A DNA stretch of 63,625 nt, filler included. It is 6 parts of 6 records of this genome, joined end to end, with 100 filler letters (N's around TTAATTAATTAA, not from the genome) between each part and the next. Parts side by side here need not be neighbours in the genome. Positions count along the whole stretch, not along the records: positions 7,154 to 15,042 come from SRR31156797_22419; positions 15,143 to 24,911 come from SRR31156797_22421; 4 more parts are not named here. The stretch is one strand, 5' to 3'. Positions 9,004 to 18,937 of this stretch are shown piece after piece (positions within the stretch are counted from its first letter, which is position 1; every line of letters starts with the position of its first letter). The notes beneath the pieces were generated by a model that saw only the letters and a list, made by a program, of their open reading frames with translations, was not told the DNA's origin and made no database searches. The translations under genes were made by a program, and so were the position numbers.

Positions 9004-11148
9004 ATGTTAAAGTCATTAAATGTGGCACAAAGTGGTTTAAATGCCTCAAAATATGCTATTGAGAATATTTCAAACAACTTAGCAAATGAAAATACTCCTG
9101 GATATAAAAAGAGAGTTGTACAGTTAAGTGAATTGGAGTTAATTGACTCTAGATTTACTGGACGTGGAGTAAGAGCTGATAATGCTTATAGAATTACTTC
9201 TCAATATATGTATGATAATATGATGAATGAGAATACTAAATCAAATTATTATAGTACAATCTCAAAAATAACAGGAAGCATAGAAGTTATGTTTTCTGAA
9301 ACTGATGAAAGTGGTTTCTCAAGTGATTTAGATAGATATTTTCAAGCAATTGAGAACTTAAGAACAAACCCAAATTCAGAAATATATAGAACAACTTATA
9401 AAACTCAAGGTAAAGTATTAGTAGAGTCTTTACAAAACTTATATTCAAATATTGAAAAAGAAGAAGAATTAACTAAAATCTCAATTGAAGAGAATGTAAA
9501 GAAAGTTAATAATTTAATTAATGAAATAGGTGAAGTGAATCAGCAATTAGGTCAACATATAGATGCTTCAAATGATTTACTTGATAAAAGAGATCAACTT
9601 GAAAGGGAGCTATCTCAATATGTTGATATTGAAGTTGATAGAAGTAATAATGAATATACACTAAAAGTTGGCGGCGAAATTGCTGTTAGATATAACACTA
9701 ATATTCGTGAAATCAACTTAGTGGAAGAGTTTGAACCTCAAATTGATAGATTCTCTACAAATCCTCCTTCTGGTAAACCAAAAGATATAATTGGTGAAAA
9801 TTATGATATTGGTTTAGGTGATAAAATATCTTATAAATTTAATAATGAGTATGAAGTTTCTGTTGAAATTGGTAGTAATAAGTTTACTGATGGTCAGGGA
9901 AATGAATATGAAATAGATTTTGATGGAGATGGAACTCCTGATACTGTAGATGAAACAAACTATGTTAGAGCTTTATCTTTTGCAGTAAATGCTCATCCTG
10001 AAATCTCAGAAAAAGTTATTGCTTATAATGGAGACTATGCAGTTGATGAAGAGGGGAATATTGTAGATAATATGGGAAAAGATGAATTCCTAAGATTAGA
10101 TGCAAGAAATCCTGGTGAAGCTGGCTCTTTTCAAGGAAGACTTGTAGTAAAAGAAGCAGATAATCCAACTGTACAGTCTTCAAACTCTGTTTTACCTTCA
10201 GATTTAGTTGATCCAGCAGGTGGAAATATAACTGTTAATGTTCCTGGTGTAGGGAATACTGTATTTACAGTAACTGGTACAACTACATATGAAAATTTAA
10301 TCAATGATATTAATGCAGACCCTAATTTAAGTGCTGAGTTAAATGCCGATGGTAATTTAGTTATTGCAAATAAAACTACTCCTGATGATGGCGTAACAGT
10401 AATTGATAACTTAACAACACCAATTGGTTTTTCAGATACTCCTAAAAATAGTGGATCACTTTTTAGAGATGAATACTCAAGTAAAAATGGAGAAGATAAA
10501 GTATTTTTATCTGTTTATGATAAAGAGATAACATTAAAATCAGGAATTATAAAGGCTCAAACAGAAAACTTAACTACAACTTCTCCAAATAATAAGATTA
10601 TTGATTATAAAGAGAAATTAGATAATTTTGCTAGATCATTAAGTGATCTTTTTGACAAATTTGTTAAAACAACTTCTGATGGTGATTACCTTTATGGTCA
10701 TGTGGCATCTGATAATTATTCAGGTGATAGAGAAATCAAGAATTTGAACTTATTTAGTGGTATGGATGTTATGTCTTTAAAATTTAATGAAGATGCTGTA
10801 AATGATCTTGATCAAGTTGATTTAGACTATATGGCAACAATGCAATGGAAAAAAGATATTGAATTTGATGGATTTGCACAAGATGGTTCAAACTTCAATA
10901 ATACTTCACTTTCAGAATTTTTTCAAGAGATAAGGGTAAATGTCTCTTCAGATAAAGAGAATAATGATTTTTTATTAGAGACACAAGAAACAGTATTTCA
11001 ATCAATACAGTTTAAGTTTGAACAACTAACAAAAGTTGATCCAGATGAAGAAATGATTAATCTTATGCAATTTCAAGCAGCATATACAGCTAATGCAAAA
11101 ATTGTTACAGCTGTGGATGAGATGATTCAAACACTTCTTGGTATGTAA
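9004..11148 (+). CDS. flgK: Hook-associated protein FlgK
   Basis: 'LNVAQSGL...NNLANENTPGYKKR' N-terminus; 'VDPDEEMINLMQFQAAYTANAKIV' C-terminus. Confidence 0.93.
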   Translation: MLKSLNVAQSGLNASKYAIENISNNLANENTPGYKKRVVQLSELELIDSRFTGRGVRADNAYRITSQYMYDNMMNENTKSNYYSTISKITGSIEVMFSETDESGFSSDLDRYFQAIENLRTNPNSEIYRTTYKTQGKVLVESLQNLYSNIEKEEELTKISIEENVKKVNNLINEIGEVNQQLGQHIDASNDLLDKRDQLERELSQYVDIEVDRSNNEYTLKVGGEIAVRYNTNIREINLVEEFEPQIDRFSTNPPSGKPKDIIGENYDIGLGDKISYKFNNEYEVSVEIGSNKFTDGQGNEYEIDFDGDGTPDTVDETNYVRALSFAVNAHPEISEKVIAYNGDYAVDEEGNIVDNMGKDEFLRLDARNPGEAGSFQGRLVVKEADNPTVQSSNSVLPSDLVDPAGGNITVNVPGVGNTVFTVTGTTTYENLINDINADPNLSAELNADGNLVIANKTTPDDGVTVIDNLTTPIGFSDTPKNSGSLFRDEYSSKNGEDKVFLSVYDKEITLKSGIIKAQTENLTTTSPNNKIIDYKEKLDNFARSLSDLFDKFVKTTSDGDYLYGHVASDNYSGDREIKNLNLFSGMDVMSLKFNEDAVNDLDQVDLDYMATMQWKKDIEFDGFAQDGSNFNNTSLSEFFQEIRVNVSSDKENNDFLLETQETVFQSIQFKFEQLTKVDPDEEMINLMQFQAAYTANAKIVTAVDEMIQTLLGM

Positions 11149-11159
11149 AGGAGGCGATT

Positions 11160-12797
11160 ATGGCTGATGGTATTTTAGGATTAGGAAGTTCAGGTTCTAC
11201 AGGCTTAAATCAGGACTTAATTGATAAATTAAAAGAAGCAGAAAGAAAGTCTACTGTTGGTTTAATAGAAGACCAATTAGATAAAATTATTGAAGAGGGT
11301 GGAGAAGCAGAAAAACTGGATGCTATTATTAATAAAGTAAATGAGTTTTTAGAATCTATTAAACCTTTTGATTTATTTATATCTAGTGGGGTTTCAGCCT
11401 TTGATCAAAAAAGTGCAAGTGTTGCAGGTAGTTCTGCTTTATTTGATGCTGTTGATGTTTCAAGTATTGACGAAGGAACAACTACAGTTAAAATAAATCA
11501 ACTTGCTCAGAAAGATGTATATCAAACTAACTCATTTGCTGATTCAACTGCTCAAATTACTGGTGGAAATGATGCTGGTGATATGTTGATATTAAATCAA
11601 ACTGGAAGACCAGTTTATCAAAGTGATACTACAGTAGCTAGTACAGATTTAGTAGATGCAAGTGGTGGTGGAAGTATAACTATTAATATTGATGGAGTAG
11701 ATAAAACATTTAATGTTACGGCAACTACAACATATCAAGATTTAATTAGCGATATTAATGCTGATGGTGATTTAACTGCAAAACTTACTTTATCTGGTAG
11801 ATTATCAGTTACATCTGCTGATGAAAAAACTGCTTTAACAATTACAGAGGGGTTAACAACATCTATTGGTCTATCTTTAGGTGAAAAATATTCTACTGAA
11901 GGTAAAAGTTACGATGATTTAGCTGCTGATATTACTAAAAACTCTAACTATTCTGCATCTATTGAGTCTGTAGGTACAGATACAAATAGATTAGTTATTA
12001 AAAGTACTGATACCGGTTTAGATAATAAAATTAATATAACTCAACAAGGTTTTGATATTGGTTTAGAAGATGCTGCTAATAATACTGTAAAGGCTCAAAA
12101 TCTTCAAGCATCAGTTGATGGTATTGATTACGATGTATCTTCTAATGTTTTAGTTGTTGGTGGACTTAAAATTACAGCTTTAGAAGTAGATACTGTAGAT
12201 TCATCTTCAAGTATCTCAATCCAAGCAGATACTTTAAATTTACCTGATTTAGTTCAAGATATAGTTAATAAATATAATGAACTTGTATCTTTAGTTGATA
12301 ATGAATTATATTCAGCAGAAAGTCCAGTATCAGATAAATCTTCTTTAAGAAGTATGATGGAAGGTATAAAATCTACACTTTTTGATTCTTATGGTGAAAA
12401 TAAAGATTTAAATATCTTCAATTTTGGTATAAATATTGATAAAAGTGGATATTTATCTTTAGATACAGAAGAATTTAAAGATAAATTAGAAAATAATATG
12501 GATGATTTACAATCGTTATTTACAGGTGTTGCGGAGCATAGAGGCTTAGGAACTCAACTTAAAGAGTATGTTGATGCATTAGACTCTTTTGATGGGCTTT
12601 TAACTAAGTATGAAGAGAATATTTTTTCAAGACGAGATAGTTTAGAAGAAGAGAAAACAAAATCACAAGAGACTTTAGATAATAAATATTCTCAATTAGC
12701 TCAACAGTTTGCCTCATATACAGCAATTATTACTCAATTTGAAGCACAGTTCTCTGGATTAAAAATGATGATTCAACAGTCTGTATCAGGTAACTAA
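11160..12797 (+). CDS. fliD: Flagellar filament cap protein FliD
   Basis: 'GLGSSGSTGLNQDLIDKLKEAE', 'INQLAQKDVYQT', 'VNKYNELV', C-terminal 'QQFASY' coiled coil; precedes fliS. Confidence 0.92.
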   Translation: MADGILGLGSSGSTGLNQDLIDKLKEAERKSTVGLIEDQLDKIIEEGGEAEKLDAIINKVNEFLESIKPFDLFISSGVSAFDQKSASVAGSSALFDAVDVSSIDEGTTTVKINQLAQKDVYQTNSFADSTAQITGGNDAGDMLILNQTGRPVYQSDTTVASTDLVDASGGGSITINIDGVDKTFNVTATTTYQDLISDINADGDLTAKLTLSGRLSVTSADEKTALTITEGLTTSIGLSLGEKYSTEGKSYDDLAADITKNSNYSASIESVGTDTNRLVIKSTDTGLDNKINITQQGFDIGLEDAANNTVKAQNLQASVDGIDYDVSSNVLVVGGLKITALEVDTVDSSSSISIQADTLNLPDLVQDIVNKYNELVSLVDNELYSAESPVSDKSSLRSMMEGIKSTLFDSYGENKDLNIFNFGINIDKSGYLSLDTEEFKDKLENNMDDLQSLFTGVAEHRGLGTQLKEYVDALDSFDGLLTKYEENIFSRRDSLEEEKTKSQETLDNKYSQLAQQFASYTAIITQFEAQFSGLKMMIQQSVSGN

Positions 12798-12858
12798 AGT
12801 TATTTTTACTTAAGTAAATATATAATATACTTGATTTTAATATTAACTGGAGAACTTA

Positions 12859-13218
12859 ATGGGAATTGAAGCATATCAACAGCAAGGTGCAGTATCAAAT
12901 GATCCATACATGCTTGTATTAAAATTGTATGAAGGAACATTAAAATATTTATCTTTTGTAAAACATGCAATGGAAACAGGTGATATAGAATCAAAGTTTA
13001 CTAATATTAACAAAGCAGTTGCTATTTTTGATGAATTAAGAAATGTTCTTGATTTTGATAACGGTGGAGATGTTTCTTACTATTTAGATGGGCTATATTT
13101 ATATCAAATTGAGACACTATTTACTGCAGGTGTTGATGATAATGTTAATGCAGTAGAACAAGTAATGAAAGTTGTTCAAGGTTTAATTGACGCATGGAAA
13201 GAAGAGACAGGTCTTTAA
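12859..13218 (+). CDS. fliS: Flagellin export chaperone FliS
   Basis: 'AYQQQ...LVLKLYEG', 'ELRNVLDFDNGG', 'LIDAWKE'. Confidence 0.93.
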   Translation: MGIEAYQQQGAVSNDPYMLVLKLYEGTLKYLSFVKHAMETGDIESKFTNINKAVAIFDELRNVLDFDNGGDVSYYLDGLYLYQIETLFTAGVDDNVNAVEQVMKVVQGLIDAWKEETGL

Positions 13219-13457
13219 AGGCTCTAGAAGAGTTAATATATATTGACTCTTTAGACTCTTACCAAAGAGCAGATGCTCTTGTTAAATGGTATGAGAAGTA
13301 TTTAAGTGATGGAGACATTACTAATTTTGATTTAGAACTTGAAGACCTAAAAAGACTTCAAGAACTTTTTTATAAAAGTGTAGACTTTTTAAAAACTCAT
13401 AAAGAAACTACAAGAAAAGAGATTGTTGAAAATAGAAAAGTAAGAAAATTTCTTTAA
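13194..13457 (+). CDS. Small helical hypothetical protein after fliS (FliT position)
   Basis: Overlaps the fliS stop; predicted helical; function inferred from position only. Confidence 0.6.
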   Translation: MERRDRSLKALEELIYIDSLDSYQRADALVKWYEKYLSDGDITNFDLELEDLKRLQELFYKSVDFLKTHKETTRKEIVENRKVRKFL

Positions 13458-14446
13458 TCTATTTTCTCTAACAGTTTTTCAATCTCTAAGTATTCAAAAA
13501 TATAAAATCTAACCTTATTAGGGATTTTATTTATCCTACAAATTTCTTTAAACTCTTTTGTTAAAATAGTGTCTTTAAGATATGGACAAAGGTAAATATA
13601 CTCTTCTAAAATAGTTACAACTATTTTATGTGAAACTACTAACTCTTTTTGAATTAAAATTTCATCTCTTTGTTTTTTTGTAAGAAGTATTCCTCTTTTT
13701 TTCAAACTTTCATCAATGATTTTGATATTTAGATTATCATCATTTGTATTTTTATACACTTCTAGATCTTTATCTTTAAAGATTAGTGATATTGAGTTTT
13801 TTAAAGATTTTAAATCTTCTTCTAAGTAGTTAAAACTATTACTAATTCCTTCTTCAAACTCATTTATAAGTGCATTTGAAAAGTGTTTTCTAAAATAGTT
13901 TCTTTTAAAGTTTTCATCTTCATTTGAAATATCTATAAAGTATTTGATATTATTTTCATTTAAATAGTTTTCAAGAGCTTGTCTAGATGTGTTAATTAGA
14001 GGTTTAAAAACTTTATAATCTTTTCTTTTAGATTGCAGTTCAAAAGATAGTAGCTCATTTAGTCCTGCACCTTTAGTAAACTGCATCAAAAACCACTCTA
14101 GCTTGTCATTTAGTTGGTGAGCAGTAATTAGTGCTTCATAAGAGTTGGCTTCGATTATTTCATCAAAGAAGTTATATCTAATATCCCTTGCTTTTTTTTC
14201 AAAGTTTGAAGTGTTATCTAAAACAACTTCTTTTAGATAGATTTTTTTATTGTATTTTTTAGCTAGTTCTTTTGCATATGCAACTTCTTCTTTAGACTCT
14301 TTTCTAAAGTTATAGTCAACAATTACAACATCAAAGGGGATCTTTTTTTCAAGCAGAAGAAAGAAAAGAGCAGAAGAATCAACACCACCTGAAAAACCTA
14401 ATAGATTTCTCTTTGTGTTGATTACTTCAAAGTTTTTAGTTTGCAT
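13454..14446 (-). CDS. tilS: tRNA(Ile)-lysidine synthetase
   Basis: PP-loop 'SGGVDS', 'ARDIRY', 'TAHQLNDKLEW', 'DISNED...FKRNYFR'. Confidence 0.93.
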   Translation of the reverse strand: MQTKNFEVINTKRNLLGFSGGVDSSALFFLLLEKKIPFDVVIVDYNFRKESKEEVAYAKELAKKYNKKIYLKEVVLDNTSNFEKKARDIRYNFFDEIIEANSYEALITAHQLNDKLEWFLMQFTKGAGLNELLSFELQSKRKDYKVFKPLINTSRQALENYLNENNIKYFIDISNEDENFKRNYFRKHFSNALINEFEEGISNSFNYLEEDLKSLKNSISLIFKDKDLEVYKNTNDDNLNIKIIDESLKKRGILLTKKQRDEILIQKELVVSHKIVVTILEEYIYLCPYLKDTILTKEFKEICRINKIPNKVRFYIFEYLEIEKLLEKID

Positions 14447-15042
14447 ATTCTTTGGTAACAGTTGCTAGTAGTTTATCTCCCACTAGTTCTGTGATTTTAA
14501 CTCTGTATTTACCACCAAACTCAATTTGTTTTCCTTCGCCATCTTCATTTAGTAGTTGATTATCATTGATATATACTTCTCCATCAATTTCAGGAGCCCA
14601 AGCAGTTTTTCTAGCACTTAATAAGTACTCATGCTCATCACTTTCTCCATCAACATAAACATCAAACTCATTTCCAATCTCTTGAGCTAGTGATTCAAGA
14701 GTTGTCTCTTTTATGATTTCACCTAGAACTTCCGCTCTTTCATCAATAATCTCTTGAGGAACCTTATCTAACATATCATATGCACTTGTTCCATCTTCGT
14801 CAGAATATGAGAATACATTTGCACGGTCAAATTTATAGTCTCTAACAAAATCACATAACTCTTCAAAATCTTCTTGAGATTCTCCAGGATGTCCTACAAT
14901 AAATGTTGTTCTTACAAAAGAGTTTGGAACTGCTTTCATTGAGTTCATTAGCTCTTTTAGTTTTTCAACACCTTTTCCTCTTTTCATAATTTTTAAGATA
15001 TTAGATGAGATATGTTGTAAAGGCATATCAAAATAGTTTTCA
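14436..15042 (-). CDS. rimO: Ribosomal protein S12 methylthiotransferase RimO, 3' part (5' cut by contig end)
   Basis: 'YFDMPLQHIS', 'RTTFIVGHPGES', TRAM-domain 'WAPEIDGEVY'. Confidence 0.9.
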
Positions 15043-15142
15043 NNNNNNNNNNNNNNNNNNNNNNNNNNNNNNNNNNNNNNNNNNNNTTAATTAATTAANN
15101 NNNNNNNNNNNNNNNNNNNNNNNNNNNNNNNNNNNNNNNNNN
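15043..15142. other. Artificial contig linker
   Basis: N-run with TTAATTAATTAA. Confidence 0.98.
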
Positions 15143-15197
15143 TTAGCGCACCTGCTTTGGGAGCAGGGGGTCGCAGGTTCGAATCCTGCTACCCCGA
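15143..15197 (+). tRNA. tRNA-Pro(TGG), 5'-truncated by contig start
   Basis: Anticodon arm CCTGC-TTTGGGA-GCAGG; T-arm GCAGG-TTCGAAT-CCTGC; 3' acceptor strand TACCCCG then discriminator A. Confidence 0.9.
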
Positions 15198-15209
15198 CAA
15201 TTGAAAACT

Positions 15210-15241
15210 AAGGAGTTAGATGAAAATCTGGCTCCTTTTTT
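15210..15241 (+). terminator. Intrinsic terminator after tRNA-Pro
   Basis: AAGGAGTTAGAT / ATCTGGCTCCTT stem followed by a T-run. Confidence 0.6.
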
Positions 15242-15405
15242 GTTTTTACAGGTGCAACATAAGTACAACACTAAGTGTTGTATGTAATAATATAAAAAAC
15301 AATAGTTTGTACAAACTCCTTGGTTATCAGTCCGCAACGTTATTACCTTCTATTCTTTATAGTAAACTGGCAGTTGTGGGTATGTACTTGCTTTTTATTG
15401 GTTTA

Positions 15406-18400
15406 TTAATTAAGTATTATTTTTTGAGTGTTTATTGATTCACCATCAGAAACTTTGATAAAGTAATTTCCTTTGGGGAGATGAGATAAATCAAACTCTT
15501 CTTCATATGAACCACTAATTGAATAAACTTCTTTTTCAAGTTGAATCTGACCAAGTTCATTTATTACCTGAAACTTAAATTTGTTAGCTTTCATATTTTT
15601 AAATCTTAACCAGAACTTCCCATCGTTTGGATTTGGTACGACAGTAAGGTTAAGTTGTTTGTTATGGGTTAAGCCGTTTATGCCTGTTTTAATCAAATTC
15701 ACTCCATCTGACATTGCAGAACATCCATTTTTGTTGGTTACTTCAACGTAATATGTTCCACTTTCTTGGATTATATATTGACTAGATGTTGCACCTTCAA
15801 TTACGCCATCTTGATTATACCATTGATAAGAAGTGTATGTTTCAATCGAACTTAATGTGTCATTTTTATTAATAAAATCAGGATTGGGTAATTCATGAAC
15901 TTTCAAGTTGGTATAAATAATGCTATCAATTCCGGTTGAAGATGCCAATGTATCTGTATATTGTCCTGAAACATTCCATGTTTTATATGTTTCGCCTTCA
16001 CAAATTTCTCTATTTTCAAAACTTCCATTTACTATTAAACGAAATACTCCTCCACCCCAAGTTCCTGCATACAAGACTCTGCCATCTTCTGAAATAGATA
16101 ATTTAGTAGCAGCCCGATAGTTTAATCCGTTATTAATAGAATACCATTTCTCACCTTTATCTTTTGATAAATAGACTCCAGTATTAATATCTGAAGCATA
16201 AACATTGTTGGTATTCATGGGATCAATCTCAATATCTATAATTTTTGTCCAGGGAATAAAAACAGAGTAATTTGTATTTGAATGTTTCAATGGTTTTTCA
16301 AGTGTTTTACCACTTTTTGTATTTCCAGCTACCAGTAAGTTAGATGGACATTCAACTTGAATACCACTGTTACATTCAAACCATGTTTCAGCTCCATCAA
16401 TACTTTTATAAATTCCATTACCATCTCCAGAGCCAGCATATAATATCTCAGTATTCTTTGGGTCAATCGCAATTGAAGTTACCTTTGAAAACCCCAGACC
16501 ATTACTACATCTATTCCAATATTGGCCTCCATTTATTGTTTTATAAATACCGTCATTAACTGTACCAATATATACTATGTTGGGATTAGTTGGATGTATT
16601 TCAATTGTGTTTATAGAAAGAGCATAGCTTTCTATGCCTGAATTCACAGCAACCCAACTTTGTCCACGATCTACTGATTTAAATAAACCCAAACTGGGTA
16701 TACCTGTACCATCAAATGAACCAACACTTTTTATGTGGCTCGTACTAAAAAATACAATATCAGGATCAGATTTTGAAATCCTTATCGAAGAAACTCCATT
16801 AAAACCATCAGTACGGTCTAAATTCAATTCAAATGGCACATCCCATGAATAACCACCATCAATACTTTTACTGATAGTAATAACAGCATCACTGGCAGCA
16901 AGTATTTCTGAAGAGTTGTCAGGAAAGAATTCAATTGCGCTACATTCATAAGGTGCTTGTCCACTATAATATATTCCATGCCAATCAACTCCGCCATTAA
17001 TTGATTTAAATGGTCCTCCTCTTGTCCCAACTACAATATCAAATGGATTATTCTTATTGATTGATACAGCTTGAATATTTGCTCCTGTATATCCTTTACT
17101 TGCGTCTAGCCAGGTTATTCCTCCGTCTTTAGAAACAAAATTACCTCCTCCATAATTATTTACAAATATTTTCATTGGATTTTCAGGATCGACAACTCCA
17201 CTTATAGGAAAACCAACGGCAATTCCAGGGGGCCCCCATTGTCCATCTTCTCTAATAAACTTTTGCCAGGTATAACCACTATCATTACTCCTATAGACAG
17301 CGCTTTGTCCCAAAGCATAAACAATATCAGTATTGGATGGACTTATTGTTACTACCGAAGGATGAGGGTGATCTAACACTTTTTGCCACGATATAGCACC
17401 ATTCGTTGTTTTATATATACCCGAAAAATCTTCATAAGTTCCAGTGTAAGCAGCAGCGTATAATACGTTAGGATCGGAAGGATCCATTTCAAGAAAACCA
17501 ATATATAAATTGTCTAAACCATTATTTGAATTAAACCATGTTTCACCACCATCGGTGCTTTTTAGTACTCCTTCACCTCCAGGTTCATTTTGAGAATAAT
17601 TGCTATTAAATGCTTCCCTGTCAAATATACCTGTGGAACAATAAAGAATATCAGGATTTTCAGGATTATAGATTAAAACTCTTGCTAAATTATTGCCTTC
17701 CCAAACAGGATACCAAAGTTCTCCTCCATCAATAGTTTTATAAATTTTACCTTTTGTTTTATTAAACTCATGTCCTTCATAGGAGGTACTGATTTCTGTG
17801 GCACATAGAACTATATTTGAATTTTGTGGATGTACCGCAAATCCTCTAAATGAAATTTCGCTTTCTTCTTGAATTCCATTATTCTTCAAAATCCAGGATT
17901 CGCCTTTATCTTCTGACTTATAAATATTATTAGAGTTTTGTGTTCCAGCCCATATTACTTCAGATTTATTTTTATCGATGGTGAGAGAAAAAATAGGAAT
18001 AGCGTCTCCTGAAAATCCGCCCCTGCTTTCAATGCCATTATTTGATTGAAACCAGGTTAGACCGCCATTAACACTTTTATTTACACCGCTAGGATTATCC
18101 GTTACGAACATCATGTTTTTATCTTCTGGGTGTATTCGTATATCATAACCTAATCCACCACTAGGGCCTCCAGTGTTAATCCATTTATAGTCAGAAAGTT
18201 GACAAACGGGTAATCCTTCTTTATCCTCATCTGGAATATAATCTAATAAATTACCAGAAATAACTATATCATCAATGGCTAATTTTGAATCAGGATTTGA
18301 TGAAAATCCTACCTTTCCATATCGCAATGGGGTATTGTCAACAATTTCAATTTTTATTTCATTATCAATGAAAACCTTGATAAGGCTGTCTTTTAAAGTA

Positions 18401-18870
18401 ATCTCAAATTCATACCATTTATCAAATTCATGTTTTTCTGCTAATTCAGCAATTGTACTTACTGAATCAGGATTAACCACATTTTTTATTAAAGTAGTTG
18501 AATTAGGACTGAAAGCAAGAAAATATTCACCTTTGGGTGAAATCCTGAATCGCAGAAAAGTGTTCCCTTTGAATAATTTAAGTTTAAACTTAAATGAATA
18601 ATCTGACCAGGGATAACTGGTTGTTACTTTAGTTTCAGTAGCACCCCAATTTTCTCCTACTAAAAATTTATTATTGTTTTCTTCATCAATTATCCAGGAA
18701 GCGTTTTCCTCTTCTTGATATAATTCCCATTTATCAGTTGTTCCTTCCTCAAAATCATCAGAAAATAATTCTGTCCAATTATCCTGAGCTATTAAAGAAA
18801 TAGACGAAAGGGGTATAAATAATATCAATAGTAGAAAGTTTTTTACGTATAGTAATTTAATTTTAAACAT
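15406..18870 (-). CDS. Secreted T9SS-cargo protein: N-terminal DUF1080/concanavalin-like domain, VPS10/BNR (Asp-box) propellers, C-terminal T9SS sorting domain
   Basis: Signal peptide; many S/T-x-D/N-G-G-x-T/S-W Asp-boxes; C-terminal 'VPNPNDG...LPKGNYFIKV...TQKIILN'. Confidence 0.85.
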   Translation of the reverse strand: MFKIKLLYVKNFLLLILFIPLSSISLIAQDNWTELFSDDFEEGTTDKWELYQEEENASWIIDEENNNKFLVGENWGATETKVTTSYPWSDYSFKFKLKLFKGNTFLRFRISPKGEYFLAFSPNSTTLIKNVVNPDSVSTIAELAEKHEFDKWYEFEITLKDSLIKVFIDNEIKIEIVDNTPLRYGKVGFSSNPDSKLAIDDIVISGNLLDYIPDEDKEGLPVCQLSDYKWINTGGPSGGLGYDIRIHPEDKNMMFVTDNPSGVNKSVNGGLTWFQSNNGIESRGGFSGDAIPIFSLTIDKNKSEVIWAGTQNSNNIYKSEDKGESWILKNNGIQEESEISFRGFAVHPQNSNIVLCATEISTSYEGHEFNKTKGKIYKTIDGGELWYPVWEGNNLARVLIYNPENPDILYCSTGIFDREAFNSNYSQNEPGGEGVLKSTDGGETWFNSNNGLDNLYIGFLEMDPSDPNVLYAAAYTGTYEDFSGIYKTTNGAISWQKVLDHPHPSVVTISPSNTDIVYALGQSAVYRSNDSGYTWQKFIREDGQWGPPGIAVGFPISGVVDPENPMKIFVNNYGGGNFVSKDGGITWLDASKGYTGANIQAVSINKNNPFDIVVGTRGGPFKSINGGVDWHGIYYSGQAPYECSAIEFFPDNSSEILAASDAVITISKSIDGGYSWDVPFELNLDRTDGFNGVSSIRISKSDPDIVFFSTSHIKSVGSFDGTGIPSLGLFKSVDRGQSWVAVNSGIESYALSINTIEIHPTNPNIVYIGTVNDGIYKTINGGQYWNRCSNGLGFSKVTSIAIDPKNTEILYAGSGDGNGIYKSIDGAETWFECNSGIQVECPSNLLVAGNTKSGKTLEKPLKHSNTNYSVFIPWTKIIDIEIDPMNTNNVYASDINTGVYLSKDKGEKWYSINNGLNYRAATKLSISEDGRVLYAGTWGGGVFRLIVNGSFENREICEGETYKTWNVSGQYTDTLASSTGIDSIIYTNLKVHELPNPDFINKNDTLSSIETYTSYQWYNQDGVIEGATSSQYIIQESGTYYVEVTNKNGCSAMSDGVNLIKTGINGLTHNKQLNLTVVPNPNDGKFWLRFKNMKANKFKFQVINELGQIQLEKEVYSISGSYEEEFDLSHLPKGNYFIKVSDGESINTQKIILN

Positions 18871-18937
18871 GAGTATCTATTGATTTATAATTTTTAGTAA
18901 TACAGAAATTTGTACGCTTATTTTTGTTTCATACTAT

